Part shown: piece after piece, positions 11,221-22,157 of the stretch | Layout of the letters: the number at the start of each line of letters is the position of its first letter | Numbering within the stretch: the first letter of the stretch is position 1 | DNA from: Hyaloraphidium curvatum SAG 235-1 | Taxonomy: Eukaryota; Fungi; Monoblepharomycota | Direction of reading: 5' to 3' | Length of the DNA stretch: 64,000 nt | Assembly: GCA_025558095.1 (NCBI GenBank) | Contig: JAIVFI010000039.1 | Coordinates: 186,001 to 250,000 of the forward strand | Notes under the pieces: generated by a model | What the model was told of the DNA's origin: nothing | Seen by the model: the letters and a program-made list of their open reading frames with translations, nothing else | Databases searched by the model: none | Position numbers and translations under genes: made by a program

Positions 11221-12212
11221 CTATTTAGCGAACCCGACCTCCTTGGCCAGCGACGACCCCATCACGCTCCCCGCGATCTCGACGTTTGGCCCCTCTGGCA
11301 CCACCTCGGACTCGTCCCCAATGGACGCCGTCGACGCCCTCCTACCCCCCGGATGCCGCGCCTTGACCACCCTGATCACCCTCGGCACGTGCTTCCACAG
11401 CCCCGCGACGGCCTCGGGCTCGGACCGCCCCGCGGGCTCGACGTGCACGTGCGGCTCCAGGTGCCGGACCATGTGCGCACGCCCCTCGGCCGACGAGCAG
11501 AAGAGCACCTTGCGGAAGTCGAGGCCGCTGGCTTCCAGGCCAGCGGAGCGGAGGAGCTCCAGGACCGCGTCGCGTTCCGCGGCCGAGGCCGACTCGGTGA
11601 TCAGGTGGAGGTCGTAGGCGTTGGAGCGGAGCAGAGCGTGTAGGAAGGGGGCGGCCTGGGGGAGGAAGCCCAGGTTCGGCGATTCTGGGTCGGGCGAGGC
11701 GTTCCACAGGATAATCTGGGGGATCGGGGTGGCAGTGTGCGTGAGCGGGGCGGGGAGGCATTCGTGGTCGGCGGCAGGGCGAAACTCACGTCCTTTGCGG
11801 AAATGGTCAGCTTCCGCTGAGGTTTGCGCGCCGAAGCGGGCCGGCGGGCGGCAGCTGGCGTCAGCGAGGCCCGCCGGTTCTCGTAGGTGATGTCCGGCAG
11901 GGCGTCGGAGCCCGCGCGGGGCGGCGAGGCGGGCGCCCTCTGTCCGGGGGCGTCCGGCGTGCCAGCCCGGGCGGCGGCCTGCGCGGCGGGCCGATTTGCG
12001 TCTGCGCCGTCCGCATCGCGGCGTTTCGGCCGCGAATACCGCAGGTACGCGTAGAACAGCGCCGCCGCAGCCGCCGACGCGAGGACCCCGCCAGCGACGT
12101 ACAGCGCAAACGACGAGTCCGACCGCCCGGAGCTGCGAGCTGCGTGCGCTGCGAGGGCCGCCGCACGCCGCCGGCGCGCTGCAGAAAAGCCAGCCTGCGT
12201 CGCAGTTGCCAT
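11221..12212 (-). CDS. PEX22: Peroxin Pex22 (plant-type), N-terminal TM anchor
   Basis: TM FALYVAGGVLASAAAAALFYAYL. C-terminal domain DLHLI...GL.FRKVLFCSSAEGRAHMVRHLEPHVHVE resembles plant PEX22 (KVLFCST..GR.SFVRQLEP.WHID). Intron 11716-11789. Confidence 0.75.
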
Positions 12213-13047
12213 CCTGCAACGGCGGATTTCACGTGATGATCGGCGCCGACGCAGCTGCGGCAAATCCGAATCTCCTTTCCCGGGGGGCCACGTCACGGAA
12301 GACCGCATCAAATTCCTTCATTCACAGGGATGGATCCTATTTTGGAAGGCCATTCCGGTCTGTAGCTGCGGCGAGCGATCCGCGGCCAAGGACCTTGGGA
12401 TGGCCGGACTATTAGACAAGCACACTTCCAGCAATCCAGGCCATGATCAATGTTCCGGCAGCATGGATATGAATTCCATCAAACGATTCGTGAGGTTTTT
12501 TGTTGGTACTTGGTTCATCAGTTGGTGCTGGGGACGGAACCGTCGCCGCACGCAGAAGGTTCGCGCACACGACGGCGCGACGAATCCTTGGTGTGGGAAG
12601 GTTGGACTTTCAATCCGAATTCATCTGGCTTCCCCCCCTTCGTTCCCCCCATCGGCACCTCATCGCCGCTCATCGCAGACGCCCACGTGCGGCGCGGCGT
12701 ATTCCCCGGCCGGTGGGTGTGCGGCGTGGGCACTGGGAAAAGGGGACACGCTGGGGCGGAAAGGGCGACACACCCTTCGCGCGGGCCGCGGCGCGCCCGG
12801 AATTGGCATGATGCGGATGCGGCGGATATTCCGCGGTCGGTTCCGGCGTCGGCGCGGCGGCGGAGCGGGGCATCGGGGTTGGGGCCACCCGGGCCGGCCC
12901 CCCCAGGGCCGCGGACACCGCACCCGGCCGCCCACTCCGCGCACACCTCGCCGCCCCTGCGTTTCCCCCTAAAACGCCTTAAATGCGATTAATGCTGACC
13001 GCCTGACGTACGCAGGAGCACACCCGCCCGCCACCGCCCGCCCAGGC

Positions 13048-14819
13048 ATGGACTCAGCCATCGCCCTCTCGCGCACCGACTCGGGGGCCGCGACGCCCAC
13101 CTTCGAGTACGCGGGCATCAAGACGACAAGCCCCGCGGACAAGCCCCTGCGCATCCCCAACTCGACCTCGTCCGAGACGCTGCACTCGTCCGGCGGCAAC
13201 ACGGCGCACCTCTCGTCCCCGACCGGCTCACAGTCGGACGACGGCATGCTCGGATCCGGATCCAGCCCCAGCTCGGGCTCCTCGACGCCGCCGCCGCAGG
13301 CGGTCGGCACGCCCCCGACCTCTTTCCCGCTCTCGGCCTCGGCGTCGATGCAGAGCCTCGCATCGGCAGCGTCGGGGGGCTCCGCATCGGCCTCCAAGCG
13401 CAAGGCCGTGCCACGGCGCTCGCTCTCGCTGACGGAATCCAAGTCCGATCCCGATATCGTCAAGCTCGACGTGTTTGAGGTGTTTATGAAGCAGCCCAAG
13501 CGGCTCCTCGAGGACGCCGAGGTCCTGCCCGACCCTGCAGAGGGCTTGGAACGCAACCCGCTGCGCAGGGTCAGCTCGCTGCCCCAGATGATGTCGTCCC
13601 AGGGCTCCGGCTACCGCAGCGACGGAGGATTTAGCAACGACGACGCATCCTCGGTCGGCAGCGCGCCCGCCGCGGCCGGGTCGCTCTCGGTCCCGCCGCG
13701 CAAGAGGGCCTACACCCGGCGCGTGGCCAGCCCTGTGGACGAGGACATGGACGATGCGGACTACCACACCCGGCTGCCGCCGATGATCGACACGACCAGC
13801 TACCGGGACCGCGCCGACCTCGCTTCCCCCCTCCTTACCTCTGCGCTTTCCCCCGGCGCGGGCTCCGACAACCCGCTCTCCCCCCGCGACGGCTCCACCA
13901 GCGACGACGAGGCCATCGCCGCCGCGCGCGAGCTGGGCTCCCTCAAGATCTTCGGCACGGGCTTCGGCTACTACGAGGACGGCGCCTCGGCGCCTCCGAA
14001 AAAGTCGCGCAGGGGCAGCTCCTCTTCCCGCCGCGCACCTGCCCGCCGCCCACCCTCCGTCGACGCATCCGACGGCTCCGCGCTCCCGCCCCTGCCCCAA
14101 GACTGGGGCGAGGACGACGGGGACGGGGAGAACGGGCCCAACGGGGCCGCGCGCGCGGTCAACCGCTCGCACTACCCCCCCGTCTCGGGTCGCGGCTCCG
14201 AAGGCGCGTTTCAGACTACGCAGCACATGCCCAAGGGGCAGATCCGGAGCGTGCTGGTGCATGGGCGGTTCAAGGACACGGCAGGGAAGGACGTGGCGCA
14301 CTGGAAGTGTGGGTGCCTGTGGAGATGCGATGCCCGCACTCTTGCTGACTGCTGTTCTGCAGGCACGCCGCTTCGGATCGACAGCACGGCAGACAGATAC
14401 GACGAGCTCACCGCCGAGGAGCTCGAGACGTGCGAGAACCTGCGGCTGCTGCCGGTGCAGTACATGCACATCAAGGTGCGTCCAGACCATGCGTCTGGCA
14501 ACGCATCCAACTCAACCCCCGGCGATCCACCCCACAGGACATCATCCTTTCGCAGGCGTACAACCGGACCTTTTTCCGCAAGGGCGACGCCCGGACGTGG
14601 TTCAAGATGGACGTGACCAAGTTCGGCCGGCTCTACGACTGGTTCGACGAGGAGCTCGGCTGGTTCCCGTGGAGCCCGCACCCTTCGCAGTCGGCCGTCG
14701 AGTCGATGCGGGACTTTGGGCTCAACCCCAAGCTGTACAACCGTGCGGCGCTGGTGCCGCCCTCGGGCGGGGCGCCCGCGCGGGGCGTCGGGGGGATGGT
14801 CGGCGCGGCGCAGCACTGA
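13048..14819 (+). CDS. SWIRM-domain protein (Fun19/Ada2-SWIRM-like) with long Ser/Pro-rich N-terminus
   Basis: Spliced C-terminus YDELTAEELETCENLRLLPVQYMHIK-DIILSQ...FRKGDARTWFKMDVTKFGRLYDWF..LGW is a SWIRM signature. Two introns. Confidence 0.8.
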
Positions 14820-15103
14820 GCCCGTGCGCGATCGGCGACGCACCTCGCTGCCGGTGCCTATCCTATCTGTTTGGGTTTGCTGCCTATTCCCCGACTTCTG
14901 CAACGTTACAAAGCCGCTGTAAGATGCCACCTAGTACCCGCGATCCGCCGGCCGCCGGCAACTGCGACATTGGATTTCTGCGATCATTTGTATATTGCGA
15001 GCAATACCATGGTGTACCCTCAAGTGCCGTCCAGCGTGATTCGAGCAGGCCTGGCCGCCCGGCGCCCGACCACGGAGCAAAGTCACCAGAACCGACCTCC
15101 GCA

Positions 15104-16488
15104 ATGGGCTCCAGCGGCTCCAAAGTGCGGCGGCCATCGTACGGCTCTCCCGCCGCCACGTCGCCGCCGGCGCAGCGCGCCCCGGCGTCTCCCACGAGCC
15201 CGACCTCCCCTTCCCGCCCGTCGCCCCCCACAATCCGCCTGCCCGACGGCACGCCGACCGACACGCAGCTCGCCGCGGAGACGCACTGTGCGTGGCTTGC
15301 TGAGACCGCTGCAATGGGAGCTGATCGGCAGGAGCAGTCGACCCCGAGGAGCTGCGCATCCTGCGCGAGGAGTTCGCGCGCCGCGCCGGCGCGGGCCACA
15401 CCATCTCCAAGGACGACTTCAGAGAGGTCCGCCGGCCGCCGCCCGATCGCGGCACCGCTGACGCCCCGGCAGGCCCTCCGCTCGCACCTGACCGCGTACC
15501 CGTCGCACGCGCAGCGCGTGTTCCTGGAGCGGCTGTTCGACGCGTTCGACGACGACGGCAACCAGGCCGTCGACTTCCGCGAGTTTTGCGCGGGGCTGTC
15601 GGTGTTTATGAAGGGGAACTCGCAGGAGAAGCTGGAGAGTGGGTCGAGCGCCGGCGGGCCGGCGCCGCCGGTGTCGCTCACCTCCGTCTCCCGTTTAAGT
15701 GAGCTTCAAGATGTACGACGTGGACAGGGACGGCAAGGTGACGAAGAAGGAACTCACGAGGGTGCTGACGCAGATGGTGGGTATCCAGGGGGACCTCCAT
15801 TCCGTGCTAACGTTTCGCGAAGCTGTCGACCATGTATCCGGACGAGGACCCGACCTTCAAGGTCAACGACATTGTGCAGCGGCTGTTTGAGGATCTGGAC
15901 GTGAACGAGGACGGGAACTTGGTTAGTTTCGTTGGGACAGTGGGGGTTTGGGCACGACATTCTGACGATCGCCCCAGACGCTCGCCGAGTTCAAGCTGTC
16001 GGGCCTCAAGGAGCCGTTAAGTGGGTTTATTTGCTAACGTCCTGCAGTTCTTTGTCGAGAAAACTAACTGATCGTGCCTCCCATATTGTGGCGTGTCGCG
16101 GACACCTTTCCTTTCTTCTCGCTTTTGAACTTCCCCCTGGCGACCAGTCATGGACTTTCTTGATCAGTTCCTCCTCACCACCTCGCCCAATCCCAGACCC
16201 ACCGCAGCCGAGCATTCGGGCTTTATTGAAACCCGGGGCGAGATGGGAAGCATAAAGATCCCGGAATCGGACATTGAGGAGCGCTCTCGCAAATCGAGCC
16301 TCTACGGCAACCTAAAGACCCTCGACCCCCTGGGTTCCGAGGGCTACCGCGGGCGGCGATCGGCGAGCGCGTCGAGAGACGACGAAAGCGCGCTGTCGTC
16401 GTCGCCTGGGCGGCAGCCGCCCTCCCCGCTGCCGGCGAGCCCGGCGGTTGAATCGCCGCCGGCCTCGCTGCCGTCGCCAAAGCCGTAG
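15104..16488 (+). CDS. N-myristoylated EF-hand calcium sensor (NCS-1/frequenin/calcineurin B-like)
   Basis: Start MGSSGSK. EF loops DDDGNQAVDFRE, DVDRDGKVTKKE, DVNEDGNLTLAE; EKL..SFKMYD. About 6 introns. Confidence 0.85.
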
Positions 16489-16667
16489 GATACCCGCACC
16501 GATGTACAGCATTACTTAGCCGCGGCAGAATTGGAGATCGTTGCTCCTTCTGGACTTGTGTTGCCCCTCAATGATCGTGCAACACCACCGCCAACGAAAA
16601 GCCTCGAAACATCAATTGCTTCCATTGCTGCAGGCAGTGCAGAAGTACACGTGTGTCCTCGCGGCCC

Positions 16668-17534
16668 TCACATGGCCATAGATGCCTTGAGTTCTGCCAA
16701 CTCCGCGTCCTCGTCGTCCTCTCGTGCAGCCACCTTGACTGGCCGCGGCGGCTGCGCAATTGCTGGAACGGCGAATGGGTAATGAGCACCGAACAAGCGG
16801 CAATCCAGCGACACGGCGCCCACCGGGAACGGTGCTCGGCACGCTCGGCAGCGCGCCGACCTGCTCCGTTTTGCCCGCGTCCAGCAGCTTCTCGTCCAAC
16901 GTCTCCTGCTCCAGCTCCTCCAGCTCGGCGTTGAGCTCCTCCTCGTCGAATTCGACGCCGAACCCGACCGGCTGCGATATCGCATCCGAGATCTCGTTGG
17001 CGAGGTCCATCTGCTCGCGGATGTCGTCCATGACCTGGTCCACCTTGTCGATGTTCCTGCGGGCGGAGCGCGGCCGCGTCAGAATCTCCCGATACCCCAA
17101 CAAAGCCCGTCAGGCGAATCGACCCCACAGGTTCCCGTGGATCTGTTTCATCGCCTCTGCTCCTGCCCGCATCGCGTTCATCGTCTCCAGGTTCACGTTG
17201 GCGTTCTCGATGGCCATGACCTGCGTCTCTATCGTCATCCGCGAGCCCCCGATCTTCATAATCTCGTTCTCGTAGGCCTTTTTCCGCTTGAGGGCCATGA
17301 GCGCGGCTGCCGCGGGACCCGGGTGAGCCGACGCGTTACCCCGTTTGCCGCCCGCGAAAGAACCGCACCCCTCTTGTTCTTGGCCGCGTTTAGTTTCGCA
17401 AACTTGAGCTCGGCGTCGATCTTGGTCTGGAGGTACTTTTCCCGCTTCTCCAGCATCTCCAGGGTCTCGCGGAGCTTCACGATGGCGTCCTTGGGCGTCG
17501 TCTTGGACGCCCGAGCCTTCCCGAAGAGGTTCAT
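16668..17534 (-). CDS. SNF7: ESCRT-III subunit Snf7/Vps32 (CHMP4)
   Basis: PKDAIVKLRETLEMLEKREKYLQTKI...AALMALKRKKAYE...IENANVNLET...FDEEELNAELEELEQE...EDAELAELKASMAM. Three introns. Confidence 0.95.
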
Positions 17535-18387
17535 GGTGGGGACGTAAAAAGAGAAAGGGAGAGAAAGGAGGTTTCTTTGGGAGGATGTGGGTCCAAGGGC
17601 CGGGAGATGGAGCCGCGACGGAGAGAGGAACGGGGGGGATTCCAAAGGAGCCCGGGTCCGAAACGCGCGGGTTCCGTGCGGTCCCGCGGCCGCCCGCGCT
17701 ATGAGGAGCGGGCGGCAGACCGGCGCGGGAGCCCGCGGTGGGAGGGCGGGGCGGGAGGAGGAGGTTGAGGTGTGCTGGCAGCTTGCGACGCTAGACGCGG
17801 CTCGCAGCCCCGCGAGCCGCCGGAACGAACGGACCGCGATCGCCAGGATTGGCAAATTTCATGCGAAAGAACTGGCGCATGATCTTTGGAAGGGGCAGGA
17901 ATAAGAGCTCAATCGTTTCCTTATCCTCTTGCTTGCGATTCTGCTCTGTGCACGCCAAGGCCGCCAACCTGAGTGTACCAACCTTACGGCTCTCCCTATC
18001 CGACACACAGAACAATGGTTTCCTATGGATGGTAGTTCGGAACTCATGCTTTGAACAGGCGAGCCCTGATGCCTGAGCTTGGAGTCAGCAAAGGCACTAA
18101 GCTCCCACGAGAAGACCAAGGGTAATCCAATCAGTCTTCAACCGCAAGAAGCTCATCTCCGACTTCGCATCATTTAGAGTGAGTCCTTCGTGCGGATCGA
18201 ACTCGGAGTTACGGCTAGTGCGGCGAGAATCCGAGGGGTCTCGCGTCCCTGACGGGGGGCGGACGCTTCCCCGTTCCCCGTTCCCCGTTCCCCGCGCAAT
18301 CGCTGCCAGAGACTTCAGCGCGTCGAGTACCCTGAGTGCTCGCGTGTACTTCCATCGCAGCCTCAATCGCCGAGGACTGCGCCGGCG

Positions 18388-19500
18388 ATGGCCTCCCCCT
18401 CGTCCATGGAGTCCGCCACCGCGGACACGCGCTTCGCGATCGTGGACGAGTCCATCATCGGCGCGATGCCGAACAAAGAACTCCGGGCGTACTACCGCCG
18501 CCAGAACGACCTCGTCGCGGCATATGCCGTGGCGGACAGGATCCTGGAGGCGCGCGGGGGCAACCGCCCCCCGTCGCCCGAGCCGGCGGAGCCGAAGGCG
18601 GTGCAGCTGGCCATAACGCTGTCGTTCCTCGCCAACATCGTGCTGTTCGCGTCAAAGGTCGCCGTTGCCGTCTATTCCGGCTCCCTTGCTGTCGTTGTTT
18701 CGGCCGTGGATTCCTCTCTGGACCTGCTGTCGGGCAGCATTCTCTTCATCGCGTCTCGCGCCATAGCTAAAAAGGAGCCCGAACGGTTTCCCGTCGGCAA
18801 GCAGCGCTTCGAGCCCCTGGCCATCGTCGTCTTTGCCTCGGTCATGGGGGTTGCCAGCCTGCAGATCATCATCGAGGGCATAACGACGATCCTGGACAAC
18901 ATCAGCAACCCCACGTCTCCCAACATCGACGTCTTTTCGTACGCCGTGATCGGCGCTACCATCGTCATCAAGGCGGCCCTCTTTGTGCTCTGCTTCTCGC
19001 AGCGCCGGAGGTCGGAAAGTGCCGCGACGCTGGCCTTGGACCACCGGAACGATGTGCTCACCAACTCCGCGACGCTCGTCGCGTTGATCCTCATCGGCTG
19101 GGAAAAGTCCCTCTGGTGGCTCGATCCGGCCATGGCCATGCTCCTGGGCGTCCTCATCGTGACCTCGTGGTCCATCACGGGACGGGAGCACATCGCCCGG
19201 CTCGCCGGCCGCGCCGCGGAACCCGAGGCCGTGAGCCAGATCATCTACCTGGCCTTGCACCACGACCCGCGGATCCAGCAGGTCGACAGCGTGCAGGCTT
19301 ACTATTCCGGGCAGCGCCTCCTTGTGGAGCTGGACATCGTACTGCCGGCGGACATGCCGCTGAGGGAGGCGCACGACGTGGGGCTGGCGCTGCAGAAGGA
19401 CGTCGAGAGGCTGCCGGACGTGGAGCGGTGCTTCGTGCACCTGGATTACGAGGCGCGACACAAGCAGGACGAGGAACACGTGCCGCCAAGCGCTCTGTAA
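18388..19500 (+). CDS. Cation diffusion facilitator, Mn-CDF (plant MTP8-11-like), intronless
   Basis: SLAVVVSAVDSSLDLLSG (DxxxD, TM2), FPVGKQRFEP, DHRNDV (TM5), ELDIVLP.DMPLREAHDVG..LQ...VERCFVHLDYE. Confidence 0.92.
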   Translation: MASPSSMESATADTRFAIVDESIIGAMPNKELRAYYRRQNDLVAAYAVADRILEARGGNRPPSPEPAEPKAVQLAITLSFLANIVLFASKVAVAVYSGSLAVVVSAVDSSLDLLSGSILFIASRAIAKKEPERFPVGKQRFEPLAIVVFASVMGVASLQIIIEGITTILDNISNPTSPNIDVFSYAVIGATIVIKAALFVLCFSQRRRSESAATLALDHRNDVLTNSATLVALILIGWEKSLWWLDPAMAMLLGVLIVTSWSITGREHIARLAGRAAEPEAVSQIIYLALHHDPRIQQVDSVQAYYSGQRLLVELDIVLPADMPLREAHDVGLALQKDVERLPDVERCFVHLDYEARHKQDEEHVPPSAL

Positions 19501-19569
19501 TACTGATTCTTCAGAATTCATCGTCATCCACTGTTGGTGAATCAGGGGTCCGTCAGGGGATGACTGCAA

Positions 19570-21027
19570 ATGCGGCTCCACGTCCGCAGAATCCTGCTGC
19601 AGGCAGCCCTGCTTGCGTGCCTGTACTACGCGCTGCGCAGCTCGAGACCGGCGGAGGAGGTCTCGCAGCCGACGCGGCGTCCCTGGATCGCGGTCCCGGA
19701 CGCGGTCCGGCGCGCGGTGTACCGCGACTTCCCCGCGGGCGCGTGGCGCTGGAACGCGAAATGGAGCGCCGATATGGACGCGTTGGTCGCGAAGGAGTGC
19801 TCGGGACGCCGCCGGGCCGGCTTCCGGGCCTTCTGCGAGCTGTTCGCGGACTTCGACAGCGGGGTCGCCCTCGCGCGCCACCTCCGCGGGCCGGCGGACG
19901 CGCCGCGGACAGTCAACATCGTGTGGGCGACGTCGGACTACGCATACTGGCCGCCCGCCGCCGGCCTCTGCGAGGACGATGAGCGCGGCCCGCCGCTGCC
20001 CGCCGACACGGAGCAGACGTGGCGGCGGTACCGCCCGCCGCCCGACGGGAAGGGCTTCGACCCCGGTCCGTGGCACCGCTGCCCCGTGCGGTGCTGCCAC
20101 TACCCGCACAGGAAAGAGGGGGGGCCGATGGAGCTCGCGGATGCCGACGGGATCCGGTTCTCGTGGAGCGCCGCCAACGCGGACGCAAACAACTTGGTCG
20201 CGCCGTTCGGATCGGAAGAGGCTTTCGAGGCGCTGCCGGAGCGCGTCGCGCTCGTGCTCTTCGCCGTGGAGAGCCCGGCTTACTACCGCCCGCTCGGAAA
20301 CGCCAAGTTCCTGGCGCAGTTCGACGTCGTATCGACCTTCAACGTCACGAGCGACGTCCCGTCGGCCAGCTGGAACCCGTACGAGCTCTCGGAGCGCCTC
20401 GGACGGGCCATGGGGGCGTCCAAGGCCGCGATTCTGGCCGACTTCCGCGCGCGCGACCCGGACGTGCTCTTCCTGCAGAGCAACTGCCGCTCGAAGTCGG
20501 GCCGGGAGGCCGCTGCGAGGGCGCTGAACGACACGGGCCGCCTGGCGTCGTACGGGAGGTGCCTGCACAACCGCAACCTGACCCTGGAGGGGGGCGACCG
20601 GCACGACAACCGGAACGAGCCGTACTACCGGCGGCACCGGTTCGCCCTGACGTTCGAAAACTCGGTATCGCCGGGGTACATCACCGAGAAGCCGTACAAT
20701 GCGCTGGCGGTGGGGACGATCCCCATCTACCGCGGCCCGCCCGAGGCCGGCGCCGTCCGAAAACAGTACTTCCCGCCCAACTCGGTGCTGTTCTACGACG
20801 ACTTTGCGTCGGCAAAGGAGCTGGTCGCGCGGCTGGATCGGATCTCAAAGAGCGACGCCGAGGCGTGGAAGCTGCTGCGTTGGCGCGCGGCGAAATCGTT
20901 CGGCGGCGGGCCGCGGATCTTGTGGGAGATCGGCAAGTACAGCGTCGAGTGCCGGATGTGCATGAAGGTGCTCGAGTTCCAGGTCGGCAAGGGGCACGTC
21001 AAGCTTGAGGGCGGGGCGATGGCGTGA
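19570..21027 (+). CDS. Alpha-1,3/4-fucosyltransferase (CAZy GT10), type II membrane protein, intronless
   Basis: N-terminal TM. ESP motif, FLQSNC, YGRC, and the GT10 alpha3-motif HRFALTFENSVSPGYITEKPYNALAVGTIPIYRG..FPPNS. Confidence 0.9.
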   Translation: MRLHVRRILLQAALLACLYYALRSSRPAEEVSQPTRRPWIAVPDAVRRAVYRDFPAGAWRWNAKWSADMDALVAKECSGRRRAGFRAFCELFADFDSGVALARHLRGPADAPRTVNIVWATSDYAYWPPAAGLCEDDERGPPLPADTEQTWRRYRPPPDGKGFDPGPWHRCPVRCCHYPHRKEGGPMELADADGIRFSWSAANADANNLVAPFGSEEAFEALPERVALVLFAVESPAYYRPLGNAKFLAQFDVVSTFNVTSDVPSASWNPYELSERLGRAMGASKAAILADFRARDPDVLFLQSNCRSKSGREAAARALNDTGRLASYGRCLHNRNLTLEGGDRHDNRNEPYYRRHRFALTFENSVSPGYITEKPYNALAVGTIPIYRGPPEAGAVRKQYFPPNSVLFYDDFASAKELVARLDRISKSDAEAWKLLRWRAAKSFGGGPRILWEIGKYSVECRMCMKVLEFQVGKGHVKLEGGAMA

Positions 21028-21318
21028 TTGTGCGTCGCCGCACCATTCTCTAGGTCGCTCCCGCGAACCAGAGATCCAACAGAGATCGACTCTCCGGAAG
21101 GCACCTGTGTGTTTAGCATGCTTTGGATTCGTGGTCCGGTGGACGCTGATTGCCTTCGAATGAATGCCTTGAAGCTCCGTGTCTGGGGGCGCAGCGTGGC
21201 GGAGATGAATGATCCACCGGGGCCTCCTATCTTCGATCTTGTCTCCCCCGCGGCTCGCCCCTTCACCCCCCATTTTGGCCCTCCGGATCCGCATAATCCC
21301 GCAGCTCCCCTTCGAACA

Positions 21319-21915
21319 ATGCCGCCGGTGCTCGCGGTAGCCCCGCGCCGCGCGGCCCCCCTCCTCCCGGCGCCGCACCCGCCGCCGGGCGCCCTCGCGG
21401 TCCCCGCGCCGCGCCGCCCCGCAGCGGACCCCTCGGGCGCGGTGGCGCTCGCGGAGCCCCGCGGCGTCGCGTGGGACGGCGAATTCGCGCGGGCCGCGCG
21501 GGCGGCCGAGCCGGGATCGCCGCCGCGCGCCGCGGAGCTGCAGGGCTTCCTGGCCGCGTTCGCGCGCGCGCTGCCGACGATCGGTGGGGCGCAGTGCCGG
21601 CGATTATGGCCGACTGTTTGCTGACCCGCTACCTCCGGCCCCCTTGGTGCGGCTCTGCCCGGTCCTGCCCTCCCCGGAACCCCGTCGCCCGTCTCGGCCC
21701 CCCCCTCCCCTGCAGGCCACCAAACGCAGGTCCGCGCCGTGCACCGCATTGTGCAGCTCCTGCGGCACCTCACCCCGCCGACCGCCTGGATCGACGGCGG
21801 CACCGCGCTGGTGCCGCACCCGCGCAACTCGGACGGGTTCAGGGAGTGGGCGGCGGCGTTCAGGAGCTACTACGGGGACGCGGACGGGCGGTCGACGCCG
21901 CCGTTGCTGAGGTGA
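21319..21915 (+). CDS. Small hypothetical protein (2 exons)
   Basis: ATG at 21319. GT-AG intron 21584-21715 with a CTGAC branch-like site and pyrimidine tract joins ...ALPTIG to HQTQVRAVHRIVQLL...FREWAAAFRSYY; strong GC3 bias in both exons. Confidence 0.55.
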
Positions 21916-21953
21916 TTGGCGGGAAGCGGTGCGACGTGGGGTGACTGGAACGG

Positions 21954-22104
21954 GATGTGGGGCGATTGGGCGATCGGGCCCGGGGATGTTCTGGGTGCAG
22001 CGTGACTGAGCGGGCGACTGTGGAACGGGCCGTCGGGGCACCGCTCCGCCAAATTGTGTCTTAGATCTTGCTTCGTTGAATGGAATGTCTTGCCCATTTT
22101 CTTT
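21954..22104 (+). repeat. Diverged direct repeat copy A (~140-150 bp)
   Basis: Aligns by eye with 23890-24035: gatcgggcc.gg.gatgtt.tgggtgca.cgtga..gcgggcgactgtgga.cggg...ccgctcc..caaattg.gtc.tagatct...tggaat...gcccat. Confidence 0.85.
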
Positions 22105-22157
22105 CCGGGTGGCAGGGGGGGGGGGGGCTAAAGTCGGCCCACTTTGCGGACCGCACC

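Noticed and set aside
14261-15904. 547-aa ORF linking SWIRM and EF-hand genes
   Set aside because: Chance open frame; the EF-hand gene has its own myristoylation start at 15104 and SWIRM stops at 14819.
16021-16047. Possible 27-nt mini-intron (GTGGGT..GCTAAC..CTGCAG) giving a short EF-hand C-terminus
   Set aside because: Much shorter than any other intron here (minimum about 45 nt); cannot be supported without RNA data.
18652-20637. 661-aa antisense ORF (likewise 26083-28341, 13228-14490 and many other long R/G/A/P-rich ORFs)
   Set aside because: Shadow ORFs of real GC3-biased genes; stop codons are scarce at this GC; no recognisable motifs.
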